Positions 1-15,452 of a DNA stretch of 64,000 nucleotides are shown here, one piece after another. Below the pieces are notes generated by a model. The model was not told the origin of the DNA, ran no database searches, and saw only the letters and a list, made by a program, of their open reading frames with translations. The stretch is taken from positions 132,618,001-132,682,000 of the forward strand of contig OZ024745.1 in assembly GCA_964016885.1 (NCBI GenBank). The letters run 5' to 3'. The DNA comes from Eledone cirrhosa (taxonomy: Eukaryota). The first letter of the stretch is position 1. Every line of letters starts with the position of its first letter. The translations under genes and the position numbers were made by a program.

Positions 1-92
1 AATAAATATTTGCTCTACGGTTCTCATATATTTGATATATATTTATCCTTATCGAGCCCTCTTTGGATTTTAGTCTTCAAATCTATTATTAT

Positions 93-140
<48 letters not shown>
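1..140 (+). mobile_element. Family A short (TA)n-tailed element, 3' part
   Basis: tttgctctacggttct...gtcttcaaat(c/t)tattattattac(TA)n recurs at 38800-38890 (-), 42411-42540 and 48836-49018. Confidence 0.75.
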
Positions 141-143
<3 letters not shown>

Positions 144-539
144 CCCTATCGAGCCTTCTTCGGATTTTAGTCTCCATAATTATTATTCCTATATGTAAAT
201 GAAACAAACAAAAGACAGTAGGCAAACTTACACAGTTATACTAGGCTGTGTGAGGTCTATGTCGAGGCGCTGTAAGCCATCATAGACGTCACACCACGAG
301 CATCGAAAACCTGAGACAAAATACCTCCAGGAATCTTCCAAAGAACTGAAGAATGCAATGGTATACAGAGAGGCGTAGACAAAAGATTTAACTGGTTTGT
401 CCCAGGTGTGGAACCAACCTAACTAATATATGTCTATAGAGCAGTCATGGTTATTTTAAACATGCTTGCTCGAGCGTCTTCATCGATCATCTTTTCTTTA
501 TCTGTATTTAACTTTCCATATATCTATATCTGTGTGTCC

Positions 540-876
540 ATACATAGACACACAATCAAACACACAGACGCAGCTACGCACACACACACACACGCACACA
601 TACACTGACACATACTCTCACACACACACACTCACATACACACACTCACATACACACATACACACACACTCACACACACTCACACATACACACACACTCA
701 CACATACTCACGCACACGCACACACACACACACTCACATACACACATACACACACACACTCACACACACTCAGACACACTCACACACACTCACACATACA
801 CACACACACTCACACACACACTCACACACCCTCACACATTCTCACACACTCACAAACACACACACACACACACACA
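540..876. repeat. Imperfect (CA)n microsatellite
   Basis: Seen directly; the THTH ORF is an artefact. Confidence 0.95.
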
Positions 877-1413
877 TGGAATGCTCTTCAAACAATGCTT
901 GTTCACTTTACCTTGTATAAATCTAACTATTTTTACCTCATTTTTTAACTTCTCATATTTTCTGTTCTATTAGTTTTGTTTTCTCTCTGTAAAACACGAT
1001 TTCCATATTTTTATTTAACTCTTCTCCTAGCTTTCACTTTCTCATTGTTTCCAATATTGCTTGCAGATAATTGATTTATCTTAAACAGTCTTTTCTTTCC
1101 ATTTCTAATCCTAACCTTTTTACTTTTAGTCATCTATTCATGATTCGTTTCAAACAATTATTGTTCGGTCCCAGTTTTTTCTTCACGCAGCTGTTTCTAG
1201 TAGTTGTATTTCCTATAAATTATGTATGCGACAATATTTAAAAAAAAATAATATTCATTTAATATTAAATATAACGAATAACGTAGAGATTTTAAATTAT
1301 TACATTTCATTCTATTTTATCAACCTTCAAACATTATTTCCTTACTGATAATACTGTATCAATAATAAACATTATGTCCTTACTGTCAATACCCTATCAA
1401 TATCAAACATTAT

Positions 1414-1597
1414 GGTGGATTGGCAGTATCGGTAGAGGGTCGGACGCCATGCTTTGCAGCAAACAGTTACCGCCCTTTATGGTCTGAGTTTAAATCCCAC
1501 CGGGTTAACTTTGCCTTTCATCCTTACGGGGTCGATAAAATAAAGTACCACTAATATACTGGGATAATTGCTGGCCTTGTGTCAAAAGTAGAAACAC
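1414..1597 (+). mobile_element. tRNA-derived SINE (octopus OK/OR-like)
   Basis: ggtggattggcagtatcggtagag head, B-box-like gagtttaaatcc, body ttgcctttcatccttacggggtcgataaaataaagtacc; more than 10 copies in the window. Confidence 0.85.
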
Positions 1598-3073
1598 TTA
1601 TTTCCTTACTGTCAACATTGTATCAATATCAAATATTATTTCCTTACTGTCAATATTATATCAATATCATATATTCTTTCCTTACAGTCAATATTGTATC
1701 AATATCATACATTCTTTCCTTACTGTCAATATTGTATCAATATCAAACATTATTTCCTTACTGTCAATATTGTATCAATATCAAACATTATTTCCTTACT
1801 GTCAATATTGTATCAATATCAAATATTATTTCCTTACTGTCAATATTATATCAATATCAAACATTATTTCCTTACTGTCAATATTGTATCAATATCATAT
1901 ATTCTTTCCTTACAGTCAATATTGTATCAATATCAAATATTATTTCCTTACTGTCAATATTGTATCAATATCAAACATTATTTCCTTACTGTCAATATTG
2001 TATCAATATCATATATTCTTTCCTTACTGTCAATATTGTATCAATATCATATATTATTTCCTTACTGTCAATATTGTATCAATATCAAATATTATTTCCT
2101 TACTGTCAATATTGTATCAATATCATATATTCTTTCCTTACTGTCAATATTGTATCAATATCATATATTCTTTCCTTACTGTCAATATTGTATCAATATC
2201 ATATATTATTTGCTTACTGTCAATATTGTATCAATATCAAACATTATTTCCTTACTGTCAATATTGTATCAATATCATATATTCTTTCCTTACTGTCAAT
2301 ATTGTATCAATATCAAACATTATTTGCTTACTGTCAATATTGTATCAATATCAAACATTATTTCCTTACTGTCATTATTGTATCAATATCAAATATTATT
2401 TCCTTACTGTCAATATTGTATCAATATCAAACATTATTTCCTTACTGTCAATATTGTATCAATATCAAACATTATTTCCTTACATCAATATTGTATCAAT
2501 ATCAAACATTATTTCCTTACAGTCAATATTGTATCAATATCAAACATTATTTCCTTACTGTGAATATTGTATCAATATCAAACATTATTTGCTTACTGTC
2601 AATATTGTATCAATATCAAACATTATTTCCTTACTGTCAATATTGTATCAATATCAAACATTATTTCCTTACTGTCAATATTCTATCAATATCAAACATT
2701 ATTTCCTTACAGTCAATATTGTATCAATATCAAACATTATTTCCTTACTGTCAATATTGTATCAATATCAAACATTATTTCCTTACTGTGAATATTGTAT
2801 CAATATCAAACATTATTTCCTTACTGTCAATATTGTATCAATATCAAACATTATTTCCTTACTGTCAATATTGTATCAATATCAAACATTATTTCCTTAC
2901 TGTGAATATTGTATCAATATCAAACATTATTTCCTTACTGTCAATATTGTATCAATATCAAACATTATTTCCTTACTGTCAATATTGTATCAATATCAAA
3001 CATTATTTCCTTACTGTGAATATTGTATCAATATCAAACATTATTTCCTTACTGTCAATATTGTATCAATATC
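1598..3073. repeat. 38-bp tandem satellite, about 39 copies
   Basis: Unit atttccttactgtcaatattgtatcaatatcaaacatt; two degenerate units also lie at about 1325-1411, before the SINE. Confidence 0.97.
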
Positions 3074-3330
3074 ATGGTGGAAGACGGATGGCTGTTTAAA
3101 AGATTATATTTTACGGGGAACTGACCGCATAAACTAATGAAGTGGTTTAGGGATTTCGTAACGGACAGTCTTAAAACTCTGAACATTGATATGGAGAACT
3201 AGAAGACTTTGACTGCAGGCCGTACACCATGTAGAATTATCACCAAGTATGGATGTGATATCTTTGAGATAAATCGAGGTGAGCATGCTGCTTCGCAGCG
3301 TTCACTCCGTAAGCGGAACCCTTGTGCATC
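3074..3330 (+). mobile_element. RTE/BovB-like LINE 3' coding fragment
   Basis: Degenerate translation resembles DGRLPKDILYGEL...DSLKTLNIDME.W..L.A.R..W. Confidence 0.55.
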
Positions 3331-4374
3331 CCTAATATTTTGAGGAAGCCAGTACATTCCTAATTACATACCACACAATGATTCATGTATATATACAGTA
3401 TTAAGTAAAATTCTAACGCAGAACCAACTCTTGTTATTAGTTGACATTATACTGTATAACGCAATAGTATTTGTGTTGATTGAGAGCTGATTTAGTATTA
3501 CTATAATATGACTAGGCCATCTCATATTATTGGATAGGCAGAGAAATTATTGTACATAGCACTGCAAACTGTTGAAACTGGCAATTTAATGTTAATTTGG
3601 CATCTACCGAGACATTGCCACTTGGCAAATAAATGATTACGTTTAGATATATGAAATCAATTGTATCAGAATCAGAATCTATAAGTATTGTTACATAATC
3701 CCACACACTATTTGCATATCACTGAGTCTTCTACAAGTCTAAATACTTCAACTGTATACAACATGACAACATTCCATAGAAGAATATATCCTGCAATATT
3801 TAATCTGGCTTTCCAGGTGCCAAAAATAATATTACTTTCAGCGTAGGTGCAACTGCTGAGTGATATAGAAGAAATACATCAACAACTGTCGCACAACCGA
3901 AGCCATGTTAGTGAATGCTAGTTTAGAATTCATGTTTCTGAAGGTTCTGATCATTTAGGACTGTTTTATACTACATATACGTGCGACAAATAGACCACAT
4001 TTTTTACTCTGAATCGATTGAATCACTATGTGAATAATATATGTTTTCATCTTCCTACGTGGTTCATGTTTGCAACAAACTTCACTTACAAAAACGTAGA
4101 TATTGATTTCTTACACATTTTATATTGATATTTTTACATACCCAGCTTAAAATATTGAAAGATAAAATAAACAAGTAGAAATGTTTCTGAAGTAAATAAG
4201 TAAATTTGTTGAACCACAGCTGTGAATGTATACCTAGAGAAAGTCGCCCTGGGGACATGTTAAGCGAACTGAAAGATAATCTAAAAAGACTATTTTGTCA
4301 AACGTAGAAGTACGATTATCTGAGATAAATTACAATTCTTTCGAAACGTCCCCATCTATTTGCAGTGCAAAGCG

Positions 4375-4407
<33 letters not shown>

Positions 4408-5089
4408 TATATATATATATATATATCGAAGAAACGGATTGTTATTGTTTAGTGGATATAAGATAGGAGACAACTCATGAATGATTTTATTATTGATAGC
4501 AAAACTTGAGAAATTAGAAAGAAAACAATGGCGGAACACGATCATGTTGACAATGATCGGAGTGATTTGAAGACGAAATAATCAGACTCTACCATGTTTT
4601 TAGTTATTATTAATATCTTAATCATTTATCTAATGTTATAAGAACAGAAATAACTGATTCTGAGCAAGTGAAATTTCTGCCAAAACAGATCAATTATTAT
4701 TTTCACTAAAATTGTCTTTGTTATTTTTAGTGGCCTGGAAATTGTAATAAAGTTAGCTTCTTGAGAGCATCGAGGTATGGAGTTCGAAAGTTCACGTTTC
4801 ACACAATTTATATGTGACTTTTTCTATCACATCTAGATAGGAGACATGTTTATTTTGAGCAAGAATAATCTGCAGTGAAAACATTTTGATAAAGCATTTT
4901 GGGGCAAGATGAAGTAGTAGAGAGTATAACACAGATATGAATGAGGCATGATACAGCAGATTATATTTAAGATAGAAATATGGGGGAAACAGACTCGCAG
5001 TTATATATCAAACTTGTAGAACAATTTACTAAAGCCCAGATTAACCTACATGATCAACTCATGGAAACTTTCAATTCACTTCAACTTAA

Positions 5090-5345
5090 TAATTGTTTCT
5101 ATATTTGGCACAAGGCCAGCAATTAATCTAGTGCTTTACTGGTACTTTATTTCATCGATCCCCTTCATAATAACAGTTTCTGATGTAGGGACAAGGCCAA
5201 CAGTGCGTCACTGATACTTTATTTTATCGACTCCGTAAGAATCAAAGGCAAAGCTAACCTTAGCAGGATTTCAACTGACAATATAAATTGACACAACTCT
5301 ACTCCAGAAATCATGTTGTCCGACACTCTATGATACCGCCAATCC
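5090..5345 (-). mobile_element. Two degenerate OK/OR-like SINE copies
   Basis: Reverse complement of the SINE body (ggcacaaggccagc...tactttattttatcga...aaaggcaaag). Confidence 0.75.
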
Positions 5346-5659
5346 AACATCTTTCTTACACCATTTAAACAAGACAATTTACCCTAATATGAATCGTTTG
5401 TTTGATATTTAAGGATATTTTGACAAAGTTAGTTATAATTATGAAACACCATACGCTAGAACAAGAGCCAATGACGGTGGATTGTTGTGGCTAGTGAAGA
5501 TGCTAGAAATAACAGACAAATATTTGTCAAAACTATTAACTAAACGTTATGAACGCTATAGTGTACAATGTTGTTTGTGATAAAATGTCAGTGAGCAAGT
5601 GATGTTAATGGCATGAATGCTTTTCATAATTGGGTTTCTGTTCGATCGAAGATGACATG

Positions 5660-5905
5660 GAGTTGAATATACTCTACAGAGTGTTAAATATACACTACAG
5701 GGGTTAAATATAGTCTACAGGGTGTTGAATATATACTACAGGGGTTAAATATACACTACAGAGGATTAACTATACACTACTGGGGTTAAATATACACTAC
5801 AGGAGGTTACATATACACTACAAGGGGTTAAATATAGACAACAGGGGTTAAATATAGACTACAAGGGGTTAAATATAGACTACAAGGGGTTAAATATACA
5901 CTACA
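5660..5905. repeat. 20-21-bp minisatellite
   Basis: ggggttaaatatacactaca, about 11-12 copies. Confidence 0.9.
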
Positions 5906-6171
5906 AAGACAGCAACACCTCTGATAAGTTCTTTTCTTGCGATCCGTATTGGACCTTCCATAGAAAAAATCTTAAATGGCATTAACATCTTATTAATAGT
6001 CTCCCATGTAATTCTTTATATCCACCGACGCAGTACGAGGATGGATGTATCTCATAAAAGAGGGGGATATGATAAAAGCAGATATAGAAATGTGTGTCTC
6101 AGGTGAACAGAAGTGTTCGCAAAACTCTCCAATGTTGAGTTGTAAACAATGATTGTAAGATTATATATAAA

Positions 6172-6348
6172 AGACATTTTAAGTCCGCTTATCTCTGCTT
6201 TCAAGGATGGGACGGGACCTATTCAACACAGCATCTCTCCACTTGTCACGGTCCTTCGTCATCTCCGTGAGTTTAAGCCATCTGAGGTCAGCTCCCACCA
6301 CCTCCGCCCATGTTTTTCGTGGTCTTCCTTTACTGCGTCTTCCTGCGT

Positions 6349-6350
<2 letters not shown>
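6172..6350 (-). mobile_element. RTE LINE 3' end
   Basis: Minus strand reads GRRSKGRPRKTWAEVVGADLRWLKLTEMTKDRDKWRDAV, the typical RTE C-terminal GRPR..W...DR..WR motif. Confidence 0.75.
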
Positions 6351-6385
<35 letters not shown>

Positions 6386-8296
6386 CAGCAGTTCGTATAC
6401 ATGATCAATAACATGCTGGTATCTGTGCCTGTATTCATGTCGCTGTATGTGTATGTGAACACAGCCGATGGTACTGCTGATCCTTTCGAGGTCACAATGT
6501 TCAAAACGACAGACAAAGAAGTTCTGGATTATTTTACCAGACAAAAATAAAACTAGTTAGTTGAAATTACATATTAAATGTACAGCGGACATTTTGACAA
6601 AAACAAAACTTGCAGAGCGGAAAATGTAAATTGTTAAGTCTGAAAAGACATCCCAAAACTATGAATAAGTTAACTAATGTTTAAAAAAGGTAACTCGTTT
6701 TGTTACAGATTCAGCGGGAGGTCGACGACATATGGCCCTTCTAATGAAATGTACATACTAAATGTTTAGTTCTACCTTTCCGAAGCTATTGGATGAAGAA
6801 TTTTATTAGTTGTATGTTTTACTATATTTAAGTATGATTGAGGGAAACCAAGAAAGCTTGGTATATTGTGATGATGATGATATATATATATAAAAGACAG
6901 CGAGAAGCGAAAACCAACCAAACAGTGAGTGTGTTCTGTTATTAATTCTGGCAATATTACACAAATATGACCCTCCCCAAGTATAACAATATATATGTAA
7001 AATCATAAGTCATAAATGCATACATAATGTTTATTTACATGGTGTCATTTCTAAGAAAATATTTAAGATCTCATATCTGATATTTAATTTAGCAAAATTC
7101 AAATCCAAATCAATTTATTGAACGGATATCTGAATATACATTCATTAAATATTTTAGCATAAATATAACTTAAACCATAATACGCTTTATATTAGGAGAA
7201 AGTTGTGATATTCTAAATGGGTGCAAAATTTATAGCAGTTTGGTTAATTGAAATTTATCTTTCGTATACAATATATAAAACCACGATGAAATTACTAAAG
7301 ACAGGATCCCTAATATTAGCAGTAGGCAATGAATAATGTTTGTAAATTCTTGTATGAAATCGAATTACCTAATCTAGCTAGCTAGTAAATCTGTGCAGTC
7401 ATGGCAGCCATGACAGACACTGCTGATAAGAAGATTTAAGTTGCAATGTTATAAATTAACTTGTTGCACCTCACATACAAACCACCTACACCTCTTATTA
7501 TAAAGAATGTATTCTGGTAGAATATTTAATGCAAATATGATTAACAATTAAAGGCAGTGGCTTTCTGCTTTACTCTCAAGAAATCAATGTACGTTTGTTG
7601 CTGAATTATTGCGTTTCGCTCAACTATAAAATTAGACTTATTGCTTGCCAAACCTTGTCAAGCTGTTGCAATGAAATTGGAATTCACCCAGACCAAAGAT
7701 GATTGAGAATATACATTATTTTATGGAAATACGAACTCTAATATTTTATGGCCTTAAAAACATTATTTTCCTACTTATGCTTTGTTTAAGAACATGACTC
7801 TCAGAAACTTGTTGACTCTATGTCACTTAAAACATGCTTATTAATTACTTTTTCTTTATATTTAACTATTCAAACAATACATTATATTTTGTTTCTATCA
7901 TATTTTCGCGTTGTAATCTGTCATTAGAACCGAAATTGATTTACTATTCCTCATTTCTAGGGGAGGAAAATTAAATGAAAAAAGAAACCTAGAACTCTGC
8001 TTTATGCCACAAATGACCTAAAACACATAATCATGAAAAAGCAAACCGGTTTGATGGATAAAGTCTTATAATCTACTGTAGCTTTCGAAAGTTGGTGGTT
8101 AATGCGGTATTGGTGAGAGAATTTGGTAACAGCATACATGATTCATATAATGCTATTTCTATAATCATTGCCATGAGAGGAAGAATGTCTTAGTCAGAAT
8201 AGTTAAAAGTTTGAATATTTGTTCATTGATGTAATATTGGGGTAATACTGATAGGTTCTTGTGATTACATTAAATACAGAGTGATATAAGTATACC

Positions 8297-8530
8297 TATA
8301 GGTGTGTATGTTTGTATGTGTGAGCCTGTACAGTCGCTAGTTGTGTGTGGTGTGTTTGTGCGTGTGTTTGTGTGTGTGTGTGTGTTTGTGGGTGTGTGTG
8401 TGTGAGCCTATACAGTCCGTAGGTGTGTGTGTTTGTGTGTTTGTGTGTGTGAGCCTGTACAGTCGGTAGGTGTGTGTGTTTGTGTATGTGTGTGTGTGCA
8501 TGTGAGGCTGTACAATCGGTAGGTGTGTAC
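8297..8530. repeat. Compound repeat: (GT)n punctuated by gagcctgtacagtcggtagg x4
   Basis: Seen directly. Confidence 0.85.
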
Positions 8531-8810
8531 AATCTGAGTCATTCATTTATGCCCCAACTTAGGCGTTACACACATACACACACACATACAGACAGAAACA
8601 CACACACACACACACATAAATACAAACACACACAGACACTCAAATATATATATTATTATCATTATATTAAGTTTATATAAATATATATATATATATATAA
8701 GTGTGTGTGTGTGTGTGTGTAAAAAGTAGACAGACAGAAATATCAACACAATCGTTACAGTATATGGAAGAAATATATTAGTTTAGCGCTTGAAAGAGCA
8801 GGAAGAGGGA

Positions 8811-8872
<62 letters not shown>

Positions 8873-8875
<3 letters not shown>

Positions 8876-9152
8876 CGAAGGAGTTGTGGTAAGGAATCAG
8901 ATGGACCATAACGCAGTAAAGTACTCAATACTTAGGGTAGTAGAGTGGGTAATAGGAACAAGTATGACCCCGACGGCAGAGCTCAGGCCGTTTCGACGGC
9001 TATTTCTGGACTAAATTAAATTTTTAGCGTGGTAGTAAATAGCCGAACTTTTCAAGCGCTAATACCTTATATAGGCGTGCGATAATGATGCATTTCTGAA
9101 GATTATCTTCAGAAATGCATCATCGAAACGGCTTGAGCTCTGCCGTCGGGGT
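8873..9152 (-). mobile_element. Family B (TA)n-tailed element with HHR-like motif and 5' inverted duplication
   Basis: Second copy at 22504-22666. 8968-8996 is inverted at about 9123-9151. Minus strand: agcgc-TTGAAAA-stem II (cggctattt/aaatagccg)-GAAA-cggc(c/t)t-gagct. Confidence 0.7.
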
Positions 9153-9162
9153 TAAACATTGT

Positions 9163-9194
<32 letters not shown>

Positions 9195-9589
9195 CACATA
9201 AGATTTCGTTGGAAGAAAAACTTTAAATTTAACAGACAAACGGACTGCTGGTCCGCTCAGAGTAACAATGACTGAAATAATAAATTATAGCAATTCAACT
9301 ATAACAGGTAGCCATAGAAAGTATTGTATTTTTTATAGCAACGATAGTCTCGTGAGACTGCAAAATGTTGGTAAAAGAAGAAAAGAAAAGAAAAAGGAAA
9401 CAAAAGAAAACCGGCAAAAAAGGCAAAAAGTAAAATATCGTGTTACAAAATGTAATCCCTTGAAATAATTGTGGGAAGAAGAAAGAATGCGTTCGTCAAC
9501 AAGGGTGAGAGAGGGGAAAGTCGACTAAACCGACCCCAGTATGTTACTGGTACTTTATTTTATCTTTCTCTCTTTGTGAGACACAACAC

Positions 9590-9806
9590 AATGGTTTCTG
9601 ATTTAGGAACAAGGCCAACAATTTTGTGGAGGAGGGGAAGTTAATTAAATCGATAGTAGTATGTTACATGTGCTCTATTTTATCGATCCTTTAACGATGA
9701 AAGACAAATATAACCTCGGTGGGATTTGAAATCAGAACGTAAAGGGCCGTGACTCTATGCCACGATGTATGTTATCAGATTCTCTACTGATACAGCAATC
9801 CACCGC
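9590..9806 (-). mobile_element. OK/OR-like SINE
   Basis: Reverse complement of SINE body and head. Confidence 0.75.
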
Positions 9807-9949
9807 TCTTCACATATTAGTAATAATAACATTAACAAAGATAAGAGAACGGAAAAAAAACAAGGCAGAACTAAAATAAAGTTTTGAACGTAAAACCTTA
9901 TAGAATACATTTTTCCAGGATTCATAAAAGATAATCTGAAAAACATTCA

Positions 9950-10430
9950 AATACCAGTTGCTCTCCAACAGGTTTGCGGTTGTACCTTGGCAGTGGAGAG
10001 TTTTGGTGTCCTCGGCCCTAGGGCTACTTCCCTACTTATCACCATAGCCGCTGAGCTGACTACTCCTAGCAGTGGAGACTTCTGGTGTCCTCGGCCCTAG
10101 GGCTACCTGCCTACTTACCACCATAGGTGCTGAGCTGGCTACTCCTAGCAGTGGAGACTTCTGGTGTTCTCGGCCCTAGGGCTACCCCTCTACCCACCAC
10201 AATAGTCTCTGAGCTGGCTACTCCTAGCAGTGGAGACTTTTGGTGTCCTCGGCACTAGGGCTACCTCTCTACTCACCACCATAGCCGCTGAGCTTGCCAG
10301 CTGCAGGTGTGAGCCTCGCGAGCTGGAATGGCTTTTCCAGCGCATCTCCCTTGCCATCCTCAAGGAAAACGCCTTCTCCATTGTGTCCCCTGGGGCTGTG
10401 GGGGAGGCTACCAATATGATTGACTGACTT
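9950..10430 (+). mobile_element. CRE-like non-LTR retrotransposon 3' end (restriction-like endonuclease) with 79-bp unit x4
   Basis: KYQLLSNRF..V.LAVETFGVLG...EPRELEWLFQRISLAILKENAFSI; units start at 9990, 10069, 10148 and 10227. Confidence 0.7.
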
Positions 10431-11029
10431 GTCATTTAATCAGTCAGATATTTTTAGACATCAGACTAACAACTCTCAATACAAAACTCAAACCACTTAT
10501 AATATATTTTATGGTCACCAAAACTACTTTTACCGTTTCCTCTTCTGTACAATTGCCGTACATTCATCCCCAACAATTCATTCACAAACTAGTTATGCAA
10601 ATTATTGCCAGCTATACAGAAATCGTCAAAACAAAATAAATGGGAAAGCATTGTCTCTGTGACGTCACTGTCTGACGTTATGGAAGACCATGTAGACTAT
10701 AACCCTACATAAAAATATTGTGTTCTCTTAAAATATTCTTACGATTTTCACTGTCATTAAAATAAGTGTTTGCAACACCATAATGAGTATTAATTTCATA
10801 TAAATGGGCAAATGGCGACTTCTTTTACATAAACAAAGTGATAATGATGAGATATTATTTTGCGGCTATCAATTTTCCAGCTATGAATTTTCAATTCATG
10901 AATTAAATTCCTTTAAATTTCAGTTTTATATTAAATTTGTTTTACAAAGTAGAATTTTCTAATTTTCTAATTTTAATTTCCCACTATGCGTTCACCGTAT
11001 ATATATATATAAATATATATATATATACG

Positions 11030-11180
11030 ATATTAAATAAATGGAAACTATATTTATAAAACCATATTTATTTCATTATATATATTTCAGGGATATCATA
11101 TTAAAAATATGTTATGCCTTCTTCAGACAAAATACAATATAAACAGTCTTATAAATAGATAGATTCGACATACCTTTCAA
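11030..11180 (-). mobile_element. Family D HHR element, diverged copy
   Basis: Minus 11069-11134: tattttgt-CTGAAGA-stem II-GAAA-tatata-TA-atgaaata; adjacent to (TA)n. Confidence 0.7.
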
Positions 11181-11405
11181 CTTCGACTTCTATTTGAAAA
11201 GTTGATTTGGTAGTGAAAAAAATATTAGGGACAGTTATAAAAAGAAAGAAAGAAAAACGAAGAAAAAGAAGAAATGCATGCAACTAAATAGAGAGAGATA
11301 GATATAGAGAGATAGATAGAGAGAAGAAATTCATGTAAAGAAACAGAGAGAGATATATAGAGAGAGGAAAAAACACAGAGGGAGATAGAGAGAGAGAGAG
11401 AGAAG

Positions 11406-11456
<51 letters not shown>

Positions 11457-12825
11457 TATAGAGAGATAGATATAGATAGAGATAGAGAGAAAGAAACTAG
11501 GTAGTTGGGCACCAGTTGAATGATGTATCAATGATATATTTATTTATTTATTTATTTATTTATTTATTAGCTCTAGTATTAATGTAGAGAGAGATATATG
11601 TGGTTAAGAGAGAAAACAGCCGTTACATAGAGAGAAAATAAAAATAAAAATATCCAGACAAAAACGAGGCAGATTTAAAACACTATGTTTCATCAATGTA
11701 ACAAATATCAATTCGTATAAACCAGGCATTATAATGTAAATATCAGTATTCATGAATGAGACACGTATCAATAATGTGTGAAAAATAATGATCATATGTC
11801 TAGTCTAAAATTCCTAGGTTTATATTAGAGTTGAGATAAAATAGAAGGTTATCCCAGATTTTATACTATACACATCCATGTTAATTTACGTGATCAGCTC
11901 TGCAAATTCCTATTTCACACGAAAACATTCTCATTGTGCTATAAAAATTTAAGTATACATATATGTGTACATACACACAAATATATATAGAGTCTACATT
12001 AATTTTAACAATACTATTCATGTCTTTACTCTACATGATTATCGTTCAAGCATAAATAGAGAACAGATATCAATATATCAATAAAAATATCAGAAACAAA
12101 AAGTAAATAAAAAACAAAAAATCAAAAAAATATATTAAAAATAAAAATATTAAAAATATTAAAAATATTAAAATAAAAATAAAACATAGTATGCCCCGCA
12201 AATCAACCACAGAGATCAACCCTTCAAAGTTAATTGACAATATATTGCCAAGTTCATTATAAGCATCAGAATCAAAAGCAAACAAAACCCAAAATTATTT
12301 ACCAAATCCTGTCTAGCAGAAAACATTCCAAAAGTTTAGGATACCCATTTGATCTACAGATGATCTTATATTTAATATAGAAGTTTATCTAGTGTAACAC
12401 TTATTCGATATATTTGGAGCATCAGCTTTTAGGGTAGTTTAATTATTCATGAAGAATGTTTAAAATAAAAAGGAATCGAAAAATTTATCGGCGAGTTTCA
12501 TAAATAATTATAATTCAAATTAAATATACTACATTTTAAATTTATATTTATATTTAAAAGTTGAGTTCAATCTATGTCTGCAGCAACTGAATAAATTTGT
12601 CCGTAAATTAAGGGAATTTTTAGATTTTAGTATAAAGAATATCTCCTCCGCGCAGAGGTCACATGTCTCAGAGGATGAATTAAAAAGAATCCCTCTTGAG
12701 ACTATATTCCAAGCCGTTGAATATCCAACGTTATCATGCCTAAGTTGCCAGAGTAGGCCTGATAGTGATGTTGAGGATTTTTTGCTTGGATGTGTGAAAG
12801 AATTCTTGTGGTTATTATAGGTGAT

Positions 12826-13697
<872 letters not shown>

Positions 13698-15452
13698 CAT
13701 ATATATATATGGTACACAATCGTATATGACAATTAATTGTTGGAGATAGATATTTTGCTCCTTCATCACCAAATACACTGTGTATCTAAATATTACCACA
13801 TATTTTTCATCTCAGTTTCCAACTTAACTAAACCGTCTTACACGTTTGTAACTTATAAGCCCATACACCTTAACGTATTCAATTATTTAATGATACATTA
13901 AACTGCGTACATTTGTTTCCTGTTCACGTAGAAATCATAATTCGTTTGTTCCAATTTTTACGTATATCACACGTCAGTAACTTTCACAATTTATATTGTT
14001 TGTTATAAAGTATATCTTTTTTTATATTTAAAAAGATCTAGCTTATGTTGATTACTCTTAGTTAATTATCTACGTTGCTAACGAAACCACTTCTATGCAA
14101 AACGAAACCACTTCTATTCGGTTTAGCGAAGTCTTATTATGTTGTGAATATATGTTTAATTTTCTCTGTTGTTCAGAGAACGTATATACTTTGTCTCTGA
14201 CGTGCTTTGAACTAACATTGAAACTTGTAAGGCCGATCAGTCTTTGTATACGAAGAGATAAAAATGTGTTTTCCTTTTACATTTGTCAGCATCGAATCGA
14301 TAAACATCACAGCGATTGCTAATATTGTTTAGTGTATTGTACTTTACAATTGAGATTATCTAACATATGCTGTTAAGAAAGTATATCGTACCGTTGTGAC
14401 GTTTATAGATTTATAGACTTCACTTACGCTTATCTAATCGGATATTTTCTATAGTACGGGACATAAAATATGTAACTCTAGTAAAAGGGATATTCGTTAG
14501 AGCATGTGTATTAGTAATTCCCAAAACACTGAATCGATAAACGGTTAATTTAGCAACGTTCAATTAATTAAAATCTTTACTAACAGGAGATAGTTTAATT
14601 TTAAATTCTAAATCTTAATTCATTACATTTCTCGGTATAAGTATCGGCGTGTTTCCCCTATGTTAGTGTGTTTGAGAGGGATTGATGTCCGGCACATTTC
14701 TCATAAGATTGTACATAGCATGTGGCGTAATGTCCATTCAGATTATTGACCTATAACAGGTTTAATTCTTTACAGTGACTAACACACCTGAAAAGGATAC
14801 ATATTTCCTCATATATCATACGAAACACCGTTGAATATATTGTACGTGATTATTGTAATATAAACAAATGTTCATGTTTAAAACTGACAAACTATATGAT
14901 TTGGGAATTAAATTGAAGGAGAAATATACATTTCTAGAGCGTCTCTAGTGTTTACAAAGTCTTAGAACAAAGTGGCAGTAGGAAATAAATATTGATGTTA
15001 ATATTTTGAATAGAAAATATAAATGATTCTATTGCTATAAAAAATCGTATTAGGACGTATGAAACTGTGCTGCCTCTGCTATCAAGGGAATCTATCTTTC
15101 AGGAAATTTAGAATCGTTCAAGTGGTCGGAATTCTTTGAAGAATATGACGAGGTTTCTGAGTTCTATCTAAAAGCGTTTTCAATTCTCTGCAGAACAAAT
15201 ACAGTATAATATTTGGTGGAATAATTTATCTATTTTATGAAAATCTAAAACAATGTATTTCAGCTAATATTGATTTCCAATTCTGGTACAAGTCTATACT
15301 TCATGCAAAGGCACACTTAATTTATATCAGTCTACGTACTTGAGTGGTACAAACTAATCCCGTAGTATTAAAGTGAATGTTTATACCTAATGCACTCGAC
15401 GTCATAATGTAACGACATTCACCTCTGTTTCTCTCTTTGTGAAACACAACAC

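Noticed and set aside
1579-3137. Long ORFs of 289-506 aa
   Set aside because: Translations of the 38-bp satellite in all three frames.
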